Assembly (NCBI GenBank): GCA_934246625.1
Contig: CAKQHZ010000001.1
Span: forward strand, 370,964 to 434,963
Direction of reading: 5' to 3'
Length of the DNA stretch: 64,000 bases
DNA from: an uncultured Alphaproteobacteria bacterium
GTDB taxonomy: Bacteria > Pseudomonadota > Alphaproteobacteria > Rs-D84 > CACZYB01
Shown here: piece after piece, positions 39,931 to 49,882 of the stretch
Position numbering within the stretch: position 1 is the stretch's first letter
Layout: each line of letters starts with the position of its first letter
Position numbers and translations under genes: made by a program
Notes under the pieces: generated by a model
What the model saw: only the letters and a program-made list of their open reading frames with translations
Database searches by the model: none
Told to the model about the DNA's origin: nothing

Positions 39931-42894
39931 ATGAAAAATGTTTTTAACATATCCCCTGTGTATTCCTTTCTTGATGTATTGGGAGAATATGTTTTAAATA
40001 GTGCAAAGGAAAAAAATCTTAACATTGCAAATGATATTATACTTCTTCCAACAAGACGTGCGTGTCGTGCATTAAAGGATATTTTTGTATCCCTTAATAA
40101 TGGGGCAACATTGCTTCCAAAAATTTGTCCGATTGGCGATATTGATGAAAATGGAATCGCCTTTTTGGATTATGAAAATGAAAATATTTCTGATGAATGT
40201 CTTTTGCCTCCTATAAATGAAATTGAAAGAAATTTAATACTTTCAAAACTTATCAAACAAAAAAATCAATCTTTAAATGATGAACAGGCTTTTGCCTTGG
40301 CTGTGGATTTGGCTCATCTTATTGACACAGTAGAAATGGAAATGTTAAGTTTTGATAACCTTTCATCTATTGTGCCTGAGCATCTTTCACAATATTGGCA
40401 AGAAACTTTGGAATTCTTGCAAATCATTACAGAATGGTATCCAAAGATTTTACAAGAACGCGGATATACAAATCCTGTTGCCAGAAAAATAAAACTTATA
40501 TATAAACAAGTTGAAATTTGGAAACAATTTCCACCAAAGGGTCGTATTTTTATTGCGGGGTCTACTGGTTCTCTTGTGCCGATTGCATATATGATAAATG
40601 CAATTTCAGAAATGGAAAATGGATATGTGATTTTGCCTCACCTTGATAAAATATTAAGTGATGACGATTTTGAAAATGTAGGTCAAAACCACCCTCAATA
40701 TGGGCTTAAAAACCTTCTTTTGAAAATGAATATCAAAAGACAAGATGTAAAAGAATTAAAACCATCAACTCCAATAAATGAAAATTTGTTTGAACGTGAA
40801 ACTCTTTCAAGCTATATAATGCTTAACTCTTCATTAGATGCAAATTGGCAAACTATGCCAAATGTTAATGCAAATACATTAAATGGCATATCAAAAATAA
40901 CCTTTAAAACAGATTTAGATGAAACTTTGGGACTTGCCCTTTGTTTAAGAGAAATGGTTGAGAAAAATAAAAAAACTCTACTTATTACTCCAGATAGAAA
41001 AATTGCAAAATCTGTGGCATCGGAACTTAAACGTTGGGATATTATTGTTGATGATAGTGCGGGAATTTCGGCAAGTGAAATTGATACAGGAAATTATATA
41101 ATTTTACTTTTGAATGCAATAATTGAAAAATTTCCACCATTTGCATTGCTTTCCATATTAAAACATAAATTTACTTCTTTGGGTTATGCAAAGGATAAGT
41201 TAGAGCAAATTGTAAATAACCTTGAAGAAAATGTTTTAAGAGGTAATTTCGGACTTGATAACATTGATAAAATTATTTCAAAAACCGAAGAATTAAAAAT
41301 TAAAAATGATAAAATTGAAATAAGCCCTATTCTTTCACTTCTTAATACATTAAAGGAACAAATAAAAATTTTTGATAACCTTTTTGAAGAAAATGAAAAA
41401 GTTTCAATTTACAATATACTTTATACACATTTGCAAATTGTTGAAAAATTTGTGCAAAATGATAAAAAAGAACCGGATTTTGTAAATAATCTTTTATATA
41501 ATGGGGATTTGGAATTTCAACTTTGTGATAAGTTAAAAGAGCTTTTGAAAACTCTTTATAATCTTAAAGATGACAAATTTGATATTGATAAAATGGATTT
41601 GAAATCTTATCGTGATTTTATTTCAAGTTATCTTTTTAATTTAAAATTGCGACCAACAAATAATTCTCACCCTTTGATTGCAATAATGAATTCTATCGAA
41701 GCAAGACTTTTGAATGCCGATGTATTTATTATGGCAGGCTTGAATGAACAAACTTTTCCATCTACAACTTCAGATGACCCATGGATGAGCCGACCTATGA
41801 AAGCGGAATTTAAACTTCCTCTTCCTGAACGAAAAATTGGTTTATCATCACATGACTTTTCAGAATTTTTTTGCAAACAAAATGTCATTATGACAAGGGC
41901 TTTAAAGGTAGATAGTAATAATACCATAGAATCAAGATGGCTTCAAAAACTTGATGCTATACTTCAAATTAAAAACCTTAAACTTGATGATGAATTTTCA
42001 AATATGGTTTTGGATTGGACCAATAATATTGATAAAGTAAACGATACTCCTGTGCGATGTGTGCGACCTGCACCAAAACCTCCACTTGAGGCAAGACCGA
42101 AACAACTTTCCGCAACAAATATCGAAAAACTTTATCGCGACCCATATATTATTTTTGCAAAATATATTTTGAAACTTTCAAAACTTAAAGATATAGAGCA
42201 AGATACTTTGCCAGCGGATTTTGGAAATGTTATTCATAATTCGTTAGAAGAATTTAAAAAGAAAAACCTTTCTACTTATGAAGAATTGATGCAAATTATT
42301 ATGAAAAATGCTTTGCCATACAAGGAAATTGATATTATCGATTTTTGGTATAGAAAATTCGAATCTATTGCTAAATGGTTTATCGAATATGAAGCAAAGT
42401 TAAAAAAAGAAGGTGTCGAGGCAACTTATACCGAAATCAATGGAACTATGCCGATAACAAAAAGGTTTAATTTGTTTGCAAAGGCTGACCGTATTGATAT
42501 TTTAAAAAATTCTGGTGGTGCAATTATAAGTGATTATAAAACTGGCACTGCACCAAGTGTAAAAGATGTTGAAAGCGGATATTCTCCTCAACTCCCTCTT
42601 GAAGCGTTAATCCTTAATCATCATGGGTTCAAAGATGTAAAGGGAAACCCTAAAACATCAGAAATGAGATATTTGGAAATATCTGATGGTAAAGAAAAAA
42701 GTGCAATTAAAAATATTGAAATTGATGAATTTTTGGAAAAAACTTTGGCAAGTTTGGTTGAAATAATCGAAAAATTTGATAATGAAAATACTCCTTATAT
42801 TTCAAGACCAAACCCAAGCACCGTTGGACAGGCAATAGAAGAGTATTCTGACTATAACCATCTTGAACGTGTAAAAGAGTGGAATGAACAATAA
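39931..42894 (+). CDS. addB: double-strand break repair protein AddB (alphaproteobacterial type, PD-(D/E)xK nuclease C-terminus)
   Basis: 987 aa. The C-terminal nuclease motif is DRIDIL…DYKTG. No addA partner is adjacent in the window. Confidence 0.75.
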   Translation: MKNVFNISPVYSFLDVLGEYVLNSAKEKNLNIANDIILLPTRRACRALKDIFVSLNNGATLLPKICPIGDIDENGIAFLDYENENISDECLLPPINEIERNLILSKLIKQKNQSLNDEQAFALAVDLAHLIDTVEMEMLSFDNLSSIVPEHLSQYWQETLEFLQIITEWYPKILQERGYTNPVARKIKLIYKQVEIWKQFPPKGRIFIAGSTGSLVPIAYMINAISEMENGYVILPHLDKILSDDDFENVGQNHPQYGLKNLLLKMNIKRQDVKELKPSTPINENLFERETLSSYIMLNSSLDANWQTMPNVNANTLNGISKITFKTDLDETLGLALCLREMVEKNKKTLLITPDRKIAKSVASELKRWDIIVDDSAGISASEIDTGNYIILLLNAIIEKFPPFALLSILKHKFTSLGYAKDKLEQIVNNLEENVLRGNFGLDNIDKIISKTEELKIKNDKIEISPILSLLNTLKEQIKIFDNLFEENEKVSIYNILYTHLQIVEKFVQNDKKEPDFVNNLLYNGDLEFQLCDKLKELLKTLYNLKDDKFDIDKMDLKSYRDFISSYLFNLKLRPTNNSHPLIAIMNSIEARLLNADVFIMAGLNEQTFPSTTSDDPWMSRPMKAEFKLPLPERKIGLSSHDFSEFFCKQNVIMTRALKVDSNNTIESRWLQKLDAILQIKNLKLDDEFSNMVLDWTNNIDKVNDTPVRCVRPAPKPPLEARPKQLSATNIEKLYRDPYIIFAKYILKLSKLKDIEQDTLPADFGNVIHNSLEEFKKKNLSTYEELMQIIMKNALPYKEIDIIDFWYRKFESIAKWFIEYEAKLKKEGVEATYTEINGTMPITKRFNLFAKADRIDILKNSGGAIISDYKTGTAPSVKDVESGYSPQLPLEALILNHHGFKDVKGNPKTSEMRYLEISDGKEKSAIKNIEIDEFLEKTLASLVEIIEKFDNENTPYISRPNPSTVGQAIEEYSDYNHLERVKEWNEQ

Positions 42895-43545
42895 TTATAT
42901 TTCTATTGTTTCACTTAAAATCCATGATGGATTCTTTTTACTATAATCCTTTGTAAAAGTCCATGTATCAGTAATTGTTTCAATTTGATTATCATCACCC
43001 TTTATAATTTTACCGGCCTTATCCTTTAACACAGTAATTTGTTCGGTAATAAATTCAATTAAAATATTTGCTGATTTTTTTGTAATGCCAATATCCTTTA
43101 TCAAAATCCTTTTGAAACGAATAATTTCTGTATTTAATGTTTGATTTTTTGTTTCAAATTCAGAAATACTTTCATCAAAAACCTTATAAACATTTGGGGA
43201 AACCAAAGTTTTTAATTGGTCCCTATTTTTTTCCTCAAATGCCTTTAAAATAGAGGTAAAAGTTTGTTTTGATTTTTCCATAAATGATTGTGGTTCAAAT
43301 GATTTATCAAGTTTTGATAATTTTTGAGCCTTTGTTTCAATGCTTTCATTTGAAAGTGTTTCAATAATAAGGTTGGCAAATTTTTTATCCTTTGACTTTA
43401 TCAATGATTTTAAAGCCTTTTTATTAAGAGAAGCTCCTGAAACAACATTTGTTATTTCAATATTTTCAGGTTTTAATATCTTATAAATAGAAATTACTAT
43501 TGTTATAAAAAGCCCAATTACCAAAAAATCTATCAAATTCAACAT
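42895..43545 (-). CDS. Tim44-like domain protein (membrane-anchored)
   Basis: N-terminal TM helix then a Tim44/NTF2-like C-terminal region. Lies beside secB, as is common in alphaproteobacteria. Confidence 0.6.
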   Translation of the reverse strand: MLNLIDFLVIGLFITIVISIYKILKPENIEITNVVSGASLNKKALKSLIKSKDKKFANLIIETLSNESIETKAQKLSKLDKSFEPQSFMEKSKQTFTSILKAFEEKNRDQLKTLVSPNVYKVFDESISEFETKNQTLNTEIIRFKRILIKDIGITKKSANILIEFITEQITVLKDKAGKIIKGDDNQIETITDTWTFTKDYSKKNPSWILSETIEI

Positions 43546-43629
43546 TGTCTACCCTTTAAAAAAATTGTTGTTTAATTTATATAATATAATATAGTATAAA
43601 TGTTAACAAAATTAAAGAGGAAAAATAAA

Positions 43630-44100
43630 ATGGCTGAAAATATTCAAAATAATGCTCAAGAAAAACCAGAATTTGAAATTCTTAATCAATTTATAAAAGA
43701 TTTGTCTTTCGAAGCTCCTAATTCTCCTAAAGTTTTCTTTGAAAAAATTCAAGAAAAACCAAATATGGAAATAAATTTAGAAGTTAAATCAACTCCTGTT
43801 AATGAAAAACTTTTTGAAGTTGTTATTCATGTTAAAGTTAAAAACAGCCTAAAAGACAATGTATTATATTTAATCGATTTGTCTTATGGTTCTATGGTTG
43901 TATTAAATGTTGAAGATGAAGAAACAAAGAAAACTCATTTATTAAAATCTGTTCCATCTTATCTTTTCCCATTTATCAGAAGTTTGGTTTCAGATTTAAC
44001 AAAGGATAGTGGCTTTATGCCTTTTGTGCTTCAACCTATTAACTTTGATAAATTAAAAGCAGAACCTCAAGTTCAAGCTCCTGCAAATGAAAATAAATAA
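43630..44100 (+). CDS. secB: protein-export chaperone SecB
   Basis: ATG at 43630 (RBS AAGAGG). The translation …FEILNQFIKDLSFEAPNSPKVF… matches the SecB signature. Confidence 0.8.
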   Translation: MAENIQNNAQEKPEFEILNQFIKDLSFEAPNSPKVFFEKIQEKPNMEINLEVKSTPVNEKLFEVVIHVKVKNSLKDNVLYLIDLSYGSMVVLNVEDEETKKTHLLKSVPSYLFPFIRSLVSDLTKDSGFMPFVLQPINFDKLKAEPQVQAPANENK

Positions 44101-44110
44101 AAGGGTTTAA

Positions 44111-44905
44111 ATGTTTAAAAACTTGATTACTATATTCAAACTTATTTTATTTGTATTGTGGATGATTACTGAAATGCCTGTGCTTATAGTATGCCACTAT
44201 ACAAAGGTTTTGATGCCATGGTATGCAAAATTTTATTTTAAGGCTGTGTGTTTAATCCTTGGGATAAAGGTCAAAGTAAAAAGTGGTAAATTGGCAAAGG
44301 CAAAAAAACTCCTTATCCTTTCAAATCATGCTTCTTACTTAGATATTTTTGCAATAGGTTCAGTATTTAAAACCAACTTTGTATCAAAGGCAGATGTGAA
44401 AAAATGGCCTTTGTTCGGTTGGATTGCAAATCTTGGAAATACTGTATATATCACAAGAAACAGAATGGATGCAAAAAACCAAATAAGTGTTATTGATAAG
44501 GCATTCGAAGGAAGAAAACTTCCTCTTGTAATATTTCCAGAAGGAACAAGTTCAAATGGTTGCGAAGTGCTTCCTTTTAAAAGCTCTATGTTTGCAATGT
44601 TTGAAAATCATATTGGAAGAAAGTCCGACGATAATATAGTTATTCAACCTATATCTATGGCCTATGTTTCAAAAAATGGTAAAAAATTATCTGAGAAACA
44701 AAGACAGGCTTTTGCTTGGTGGCTTGATAGTCAAACAATAACCAATCATCTTTTTGGTGCTGTGAAGGCTATGCCTGTGGAAGTGGAAATTATTATCCAT
44801 AAACCTATTGATTTATCCGAATTTAAGGATAGAAAAGAGCTTGCAAAATATTGTCATGATATAGTTGAAAATGGATTTAATAAACTTGTTGATAAGGAGG
44901 TATAA
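44111..44905 (+). CDS. lysophospholipid (1-acyl-sn-glycerol-3-phosphate-type) acyltransferase, PlsC family
   Basis: HxxxxD motif (NHASYLD) and FPEGT motif, with an N-terminal TM helix. Confidence 0.8.
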   Translation: MFKNLITIFKLILFVLWMITEMPVLIVCHYTKVLMPWYAKFYFKAVCLILGIKVKVKSGKLAKAKKLLILSNHASYLDIFAIGSVFKTNFVSKADVKKWPLFGWIANLGNTVYITRNRMDAKNQISVIDKAFEGRKLPLVIFPEGTSSNGCEVLPFKSSMFAMFENHIGRKSDDNIVIQPISMAYVSKNGKKLSEKQRQAFAWWLDSQTITNHLFGAVKAMPVEVEIIIHKPIDLSEFKDRKELAKYCHDIVENGFNKLVDKEV

Positions 44906-45090
44906 TGTTAGGTAGCAATAAAAGAATATCTATTGGAAATAACAGAAGACGTGAACCAATAACAAAAAAACAAATCATACTTTTGATTGTTTTGGCATTG
45001 GTTATATTTCTTTCTATATGGCAAATGCCATTGAAACAAAAAATTGTTTCCGAGAATATAAATCCTCCTAAACCAACAGAAATAAAATAA
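44905..45090 (+). CDS. small (61 aa) single-pass membrane protein, translationally coupled to the acyltransferase gene
   Basis: ATG overlaps the upstream TAA (TAATG). An AAGGAGGT Shine-Dalgarno sits 7 nt upstream. One TM helix (IILLIVLALVIFLSIW). A terminator follows. Confidence 0.45.
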   Translation: MLGSNKRISIGNNRRREPITKKQIILLIVLALVIFLSIWQMPLKQKIVSENINPPKPTEIK

Positions 45091-45091
45091 A

Positions 45092-45116
45092 AGGTGGCAT
45101 AAAACCACCTTTTTTA
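45092..45116. terminator. bidirectional hairpin terminator
   Basis: AGGTGGCATAAAACCACCT with A-runs and T-runs on both sides. It abuts the stop of the minus-strand MazG-like gene. Confidence 0.65.
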
Positions 45117-45413
45117 TTTTTTAAATCTTTGATTATTGATTTCTATTTTACTTAAAATCGCCTTATCTAAATCTATACCACATTTTTCTGCCAAAGCATA
45201 AAGATATATTGCGACATCAGCCATTTCATGTTTAAGAGAACTTTTATCATTTTCTGGAACATCTGGTTTATGATAAACGAATTTGCCACGAACGCAACTT
45301 GCAAGCTCTCCAAGTTCGGTTGTTAAACCACAAACCAAAAGCATATTGTCTTCCTCTGAAAAGCCCCATGATGACCTTGCATTACAAATTGTTTTTTGAA
45401 TATTATCTGCCAT
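45114..45413 (-). CDS. MazG-like nucleotide pyrophosphohydrolase (small single-domain type)
   Basis: 99 aa. LTTELGELAS…EMADVAIYLYALAEKCGIDL matches the MazG EExxE/metal-binding helix pattern. Confidence 0.7.
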   Translation of the reverse strand: MADNIQKTICNARSSWGFSEEDNMLLVCGLTTELGELASCVRGKFVYHKPDVPENDKSSLKHEMADVAIYLYALAEKCGIDLDKAILSKIEINNQRFKK

Positions 45414-45445
45414 TTTGCCTCCTATGATAAATTGAAATAGAAAGT

Positions 45446-46732
45446 TTATAATTCGTCCTTTACTATATGTTGTATTTTTTCAAAGACTTTATTAACTGGT
45501 ATTGTTTCAGGATATTCTTCTTTTAATCCTGAATATTTCATTTCAAATACACCATGTTCAAGATTTTTTGGACTTATAATTGCACGAATAGGTGCACCAA
45601 TTAAATCTGCATTGGCAAATTTTGAACCTGCTCTGTCATCTGTTGTATCAATAATTACTTCAATACCAGCAGATGTTAATTCAGTATAAAGTTTTTCTGC
45701 AAGTTCCTTTGCTTCACCTTCACCTATTGATATAATGTGAACTTTATAAGGAGCAACTTCCATATTGAAACTTGCCTTTACATCACTGCCACATTCTTCC
45801 AAAAGACAACCGAAAACACGGCTTACACCAATACCATAGCAACCCATTACTGGAATTTGTTTCTTACCTTCGGCATCTGTGTAAATTGCATTCATTGATT
45901 TTGTGTATTTATCACCAAGTTGGAAAATATTACCAACTTCTACACCACGAAGTTTTTGAAGTTTTTTACCACAATTTGGACATACAAGAACGTCCTCGGC
46001 ATCTTTATCTGTTAAAACTTCCTTGTTTGCACGATAATCACAATTTTCACAAACATAGATAGTGTCTTCACCAATATCACTTATCATTTGAAATTCGTGT
46101 GAAACCTTTCCACCCATATCTCCTGTTGGAGCAAGAATATCAATCACGTTTTTCATTCCCAAACGTTTATAAATTTTATGATAAGTTTTAAGCATTATAT
46201 CGTAAAATTCCTTTAAATCGTTCCATGATGTGTGGAATGAGTAAGCGTCCTTCATCATAAATTCACGACAACGAATAAGTCCTGCACGAGCACGCAATTC
46301 ATCACGATATTTTGTTTGAATTTGGTATAGACACAAAGAATTTGGAGATGCAGGTAATTGCTTATAACTTTGCAATATTGAACGAACATAATCTGTTACA
46401 ATTTCTTCGTGTGTTGGATTGACAACAGCTTCTATCCCTGCACGAGTTTTAAATTTTAATAAAACATCAATGTTTTCACGACCTGTTTCCTTCCACAAAG
46501 ATAATGGTGAAACAACTGGCATATTCATTTCTTGACAACCAACGGCATCAAGTTCTTCTCTTATAATCTTTTTAATATTTTGAAATACCTTAAATCCAAG
46601 TGGTGAGTATGTATATATACCCGCACCAGTTTGATGAATATAGCCACCCTTTAATGCCAACTTATGTCCCAAAGTTGTTGCATCAGCAGGCAATTCTTTT
46701 GTTCGCTTTATAAATAAATTTTCTAATCTCAT
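45446..46732 (-). CDS. proS: proline--tRNA ligase (short form without an editing insertion)
   Basis: 428 aa class II synthetase with a C-terminal zinc-binding CxxC…CxxC. Confidence 0.92.
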   Translation of the reverse strand: MRLENLFIKRTKELPADATTLGHKLALKGGYIHQTGAGIYTYSPLGFKVFQNIKKIIREELDAVGCQEMNMPVVSPLSLWKETGRENIDVLLKFKTRAGIEAVVNPTHEEIVTDYVRSILQSYKQLPASPNSLCLYQIQTKYRDELRARAGLIRCREFMMKDAYSFHTSWNDLKEFYDIMLKTYHKIYKRLGMKNVIDILAPTGDMGGKVSHEFQMISDIGEDTIYVCENCDYRANKEVLTDKDAEDVLVCPNCGKKLQKLRGVEVGNIFQLGDKYTKSMNAIYTDAEGKKQIPVMGCYGIGVSRVFGCLLEECGSDVKASFNMEVAPYKVHIISIGEGEAKELAEKLYTELTSAGIEVIIDTTDDRAGSKFANADLIGAPIRAIISPKNLEHGVFEMKYSGLKEEYPETIPVNKVFEKIQHIVKDEL

Positions 46733-46734
46733 AA

Positions 46735-46956
46735 TTATCTTTCTTTGGTTGTGAAAAAATCTTTCAATTTTTCGGAATTGTTTATATCATAAACTCCATT
46801 TTTAAAACAAAGTCCACAAGGTCCATTTAAATTCCAGTTTAAAGATTTACAATGATTATTTAAAAAATAAGGACACTTTGATAAAAATTTTGAACTTTCA
46901 GATACAAAAATATTTTTCTTATCTTTGGATATACCTATTTTTACAAGATTTGACAT
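46735..46956 (-). CDS. small conserved-looking Cys4 protein (73 aa), function unknown
   Basis: CPYFLNNHC…CGLC suggests a zinc ribbon. Tightly packed between infA and proS (3-nt and 0-nt spacers), implying co-transcription. Confidence 0.4.
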   Translation of the reverse strand: MSNLVKIGISKDKKNIFVSESSKFLSKCPYFLNNHCKSLNWNLNGPCGLCFKNGVYDINNSEKLKDFFTTKER

Positions 46957-47204
46957 TATAATTCTTCCTTTATTGTGCCTTGTTTATCCTTATAACGGAA
47001 AGTGATACGACCCTTTGTTAAATCGTATGGGGTCATTTCGATGTTAACAACATCACCAACCATAACCCAAATTCTGAACTTTCTCATTTTACCAGCGGTA
47101 TGAGCAATAACGGTATGTCCGTTTTCAAGTTCGACTTTGAACATTGCATTTGGAAGTTTATCTATAACTGTTCCTTTGAATTCTAGTAATTCTTCTTTAT
47201 CCAT
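46956..47204 (-). CDS. infA: translation initiation factor IF-1
   Basis: 82 aa. S1-like fold with the sequence [19 protein letters not shown]. Confidence 0.92.
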   Translation of the reverse strand: MDKEELLEFKGTVIDKLPNAMFKVELENGHTVIAHTAGKMRKFRIWVMVGDVVNIEMTPYDLTKGRITFRYKDKQGTIKEEL

Positions 47205-47289
47205 AAAATCACCTTTTTTGTTGTTTTTATTCTTTGTTTTTTATATATTATAAACCTAAGAAGATTAAAATTGCAACAAGGATTTAAAA

Positions 47290-48243
47290 ATGACTTATTT
47301 GGATTATTTTCATTTCGATAAAGAACCTTTTCCAACAACAACTTTTAATAACTATATTTATGAAAATAAAGGACAATTTAAAATTATTGATGATATAGTT
47401 AATTCTATTAGATTTAACTCTGGTATTTATTCAATTATTGGCTCTGAAGGTGTTGGAAAAACCTTTGTTTTACGACAAATTCAACAAAACCTTAAAAATA
47501 ACGATATAGTGGTTTTCATATCTGCAAATGAAAATTTAGATATTTTAAAAACTATAAACGACCAAATAACTTTTGCATCAAAAAAACAAAATGTAGAAGA
47601 TATTTTTCAAATAATTTCCAAATATTACAAAAAGGGTCAAAATATTATCTTTCTTATTGATAATATGCAAAACTTAGATAAAAAACAAATCACAAATTTG
47701 ACTGCATTGATAGATGTTTTGCCATATTTAAAAATTGTTGCAACTGGTGATAAGTCATTAAAAAAACTTTTTAATAATAAGAAATATAAAATCCTTAAAA
47801 CAAAAATGGTAAAGCAATATAAACTTTCATACCTTTCATTTACAAAGGCAATGAAGTATATAAACTCTATTTCTGTTGATGCGTTGTCATTAAGCCAATA
47901 TAAAAAAGTCATCGGATTTTTGCCAAGAGCTTTTATTTCATATATATCCAACAGAAATATTAAAAATATCAATTTTATTACAACCGAAGCTATAAAAAAA
48001 GCGTATGAAAATAAAAATAAAGTTGTAAAAATCAAAGATGTTTATGATGTGGCAAAAACAAATTTTCATATTGTGAAGGAAAATATCTATCTTAAATTTC
48101 AAAAGATTTTCTTTTGGATTTTGGTTGTGGTTTCAATGTATTTTTGCTTTAAACTTTTTGCGGATAGAAACTATCTTCTTCAAAAAATAGAAGTTGAAAA
48201 ATCTCTTGATAAACAAGAAAAAAGTTTTGAAAAACTACACTAA
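47290..48243 (+). CDS. ExeA/GspA-like AAA ATPase with a C-terminal TM helix
   Basis: N-terminal YLDYFHFDKEPFP (ExeA-like F..EPF motif), Walker A GSEGVGKT and a C-terminal hydrophobic helix IFFWILVVVSMYFCF. Confidence 0.55.
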   Translation: MTYLDYFHFDKEPFPTTTFNNYIYENKGQFKIIDDIVNSIRFNSGIYSIIGSEGVGKTFVLRQIQQNLKNNDIVVFISANENLDILKTINDQITFASKKQNVEDIFQIISKYYKKGQNIIFLIDNMQNLDKKQITNLTALIDVLPYLKIVATGDKSLKKLFNNKKYKILKTKMVKQYKLSYLSFTKAMKYINSISVDALSLSQYKKVIGFLPRAFISYISNRNIKNINFITTEAIKKAYENKNKVVKIKDVYDVAKTNFHIVKENIYLKFQKIFFWILVVVSMYFCFKLFADRNYLLQKIEVEKSLDKQEKSFEKLH

Positions 48244-49871
48244 TATTTCATTGATTTAAGTTTATTATAAACTTCACTATTTCCAATTATTTTTGTTGCA
48301 ATAGTAATTGGAAGTTTTTGTATATCCTTAAGTGGATAAAGTGCAGGACAAGTTTTTCTTACCCTTTCAATATCTGTATTTGATGGAGTTGCTAAAAATC
48401 TTTCACGATTATCCTTGAACTTTCCATCCTTTACATTTGAAATAAATATATCTATATCAGAATCAGTTTTGAAACTTGAAAGACAAACAAGTGGTATTAC
48501 CCCAACCTTATTTAAAACATAATCGTTTGGTGATACAACTTGTTTTGTTGTAAATGTTATTTGGGCTTTATTCGGTAAATCAAAAGTTTCCTTAACTGTG
48601 CCATTTCCAAATGTTGGTGAACCAATCAAAACTGCACGTCCCATTGATTGAAGTATAAATGCAAAGATTTCAGCTTCTGCTTTTGTAGTATTATCCGCAA
48701 TTATAACAATAGGTTTGTCGTTTAAAATATCACCACTTTTTGCGGTATAGGATTGATTTTTATTTGAACCAAGACCCTTTGTTTTAAGAATTTCACCACC
48801 ATTTATAAATAAATTTGCCATTTCAACAGCTTCGGTAAAATCGCCACCACCACTCGCACGCAAATCAATAATTAAACCATCTGCCTTTGATTTAACCTTA
48901 TCAATACTATCTTTTAATTCATAAGATGATTTTGGTTTAAAATTCATAATTGAAATTACTGGAACTTTTGGATTTGCAATATCAACATATATTGATGGAA
49001 CAATAACCTTGTTTCGTTTTACATAAACTTCATCTGTTTGACCACTTATGTAAGAAATATAGTTTATATGCACAATTTCAGATATATCATTATTGAACGT
49101 TGCTTCTATCTCTTCGTCTTTTAATTTTGATACAGGAACAGTATTCAAATGTGTGATTAAATCACCCTCCACTATATTTGTATGATATAAAGGCGAATCG
49201 TTAATAATGCTTAATACTTGAAGTCCATAAGGTGTTCTTCTGTATGTAAAACCAAGAATATGTGAGTTGTATTCATTTTTCTTTTTAAGCAAACTTATAT
49301 TATCACTATACTTTGCATTTTCATCTAAACTTTTAAGTAAATATGTGGAAGTAAGATAGTAAATTTGTTCTGGATGAACATTTTTTACACCTTGATTTAT
49401 CTCCCTTAATGATAAAATAACATTTACAATTAAATTTGCCCAAGCACGAGTATCTCCTTCAACTGGAGTATTAAAATTACCTATTAACTTTAGGTTCTTA
49501 TCATGCACAAGAACTCTAGTATTCGCAATAGTAATATCTAATTTACCATAAAAGCCTGATAAACCTTCTAAAACATAATTCAACATTTTAACATAAGGTA
49601 TGTCATACACAAAATTATCTGATAATGTTTGAAGAAGTGCTGTGTAAAAATCAGATGCTTGTTGAATTGAAAAATTATCAACTATATCAGTTCCATTTAA
49701 CCAATATTCGTATTTATTATATGAATACTTTTGTCTGTCTTCCTTTGATATAGGGATTATTTCAACTGATTTAGTATTTTTTACTACAGAGGGAACTGTA
49801 TTTGCAAAAACCATAGAAGGCATTAAAAATGCTCCTATAATTAACTTTACAAAAAACTTTCTTCCCCCCAT
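48240..49871 (-). CDS. S41-family (C-terminal processing peptidase-like) periplasmic protein with PDZ domain; catalytic dyad apparently lost
   Basis: Signal peptide and PDZ domain. The S41 core has GLIIDLRASGGG, but the serine box reads DNTTKAEAEIF and the lysine box reads TFGNG where TFGKG is expected. Confidence 0.65.
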   Translation of the reverse strand: MGGRKFFVKLIIGAFLMPSMVFANTVPSVVKNTKSVEIIPISKEDRQKYSYNKYEYWLNGTDIVDNFSIQQASDFYTALLQTLSDNFVYDIPYVKMLNYVLEGLSGFYGKLDITIANTRVLVHDKNLKLIGNFNTPVEGDTRAWANLIVNVILSLREINQGVKNVHPEQIYYLTSTYLLKSLDENAKYSDNISLLKKKNEYNSHILGFTYRRTPYGLQVLSIINDSPLYHTNIVEGDLITHLNTVPVSKLKDEEIEATFNNDISEIVHINYISYISGQTDEVYVKRNKVIVPSIYVDIANPKVPVISIMNFKPKSSYELKDSIDKVKSKADGLIIDLRASGGGDFTEAVEMANLFINGGEILKTKGLGSNKNQSYTAKSGDILNDKPIVIIADNTTKAEAEIFAFILQSMGRAVLIGSPTFGNGTVKETFDLPNKAQITFTTKQVVSPNDYVLNKVGVIPLVCLSSFKTDSDIDIFISNVKDGKFKDNRERFLATPSNTDIERVRKTCPALYPLKDIQKLPITIATKIIGNSEVYNKLKSMKY

Positions 49872-49882
49872 ATATAATTCCT

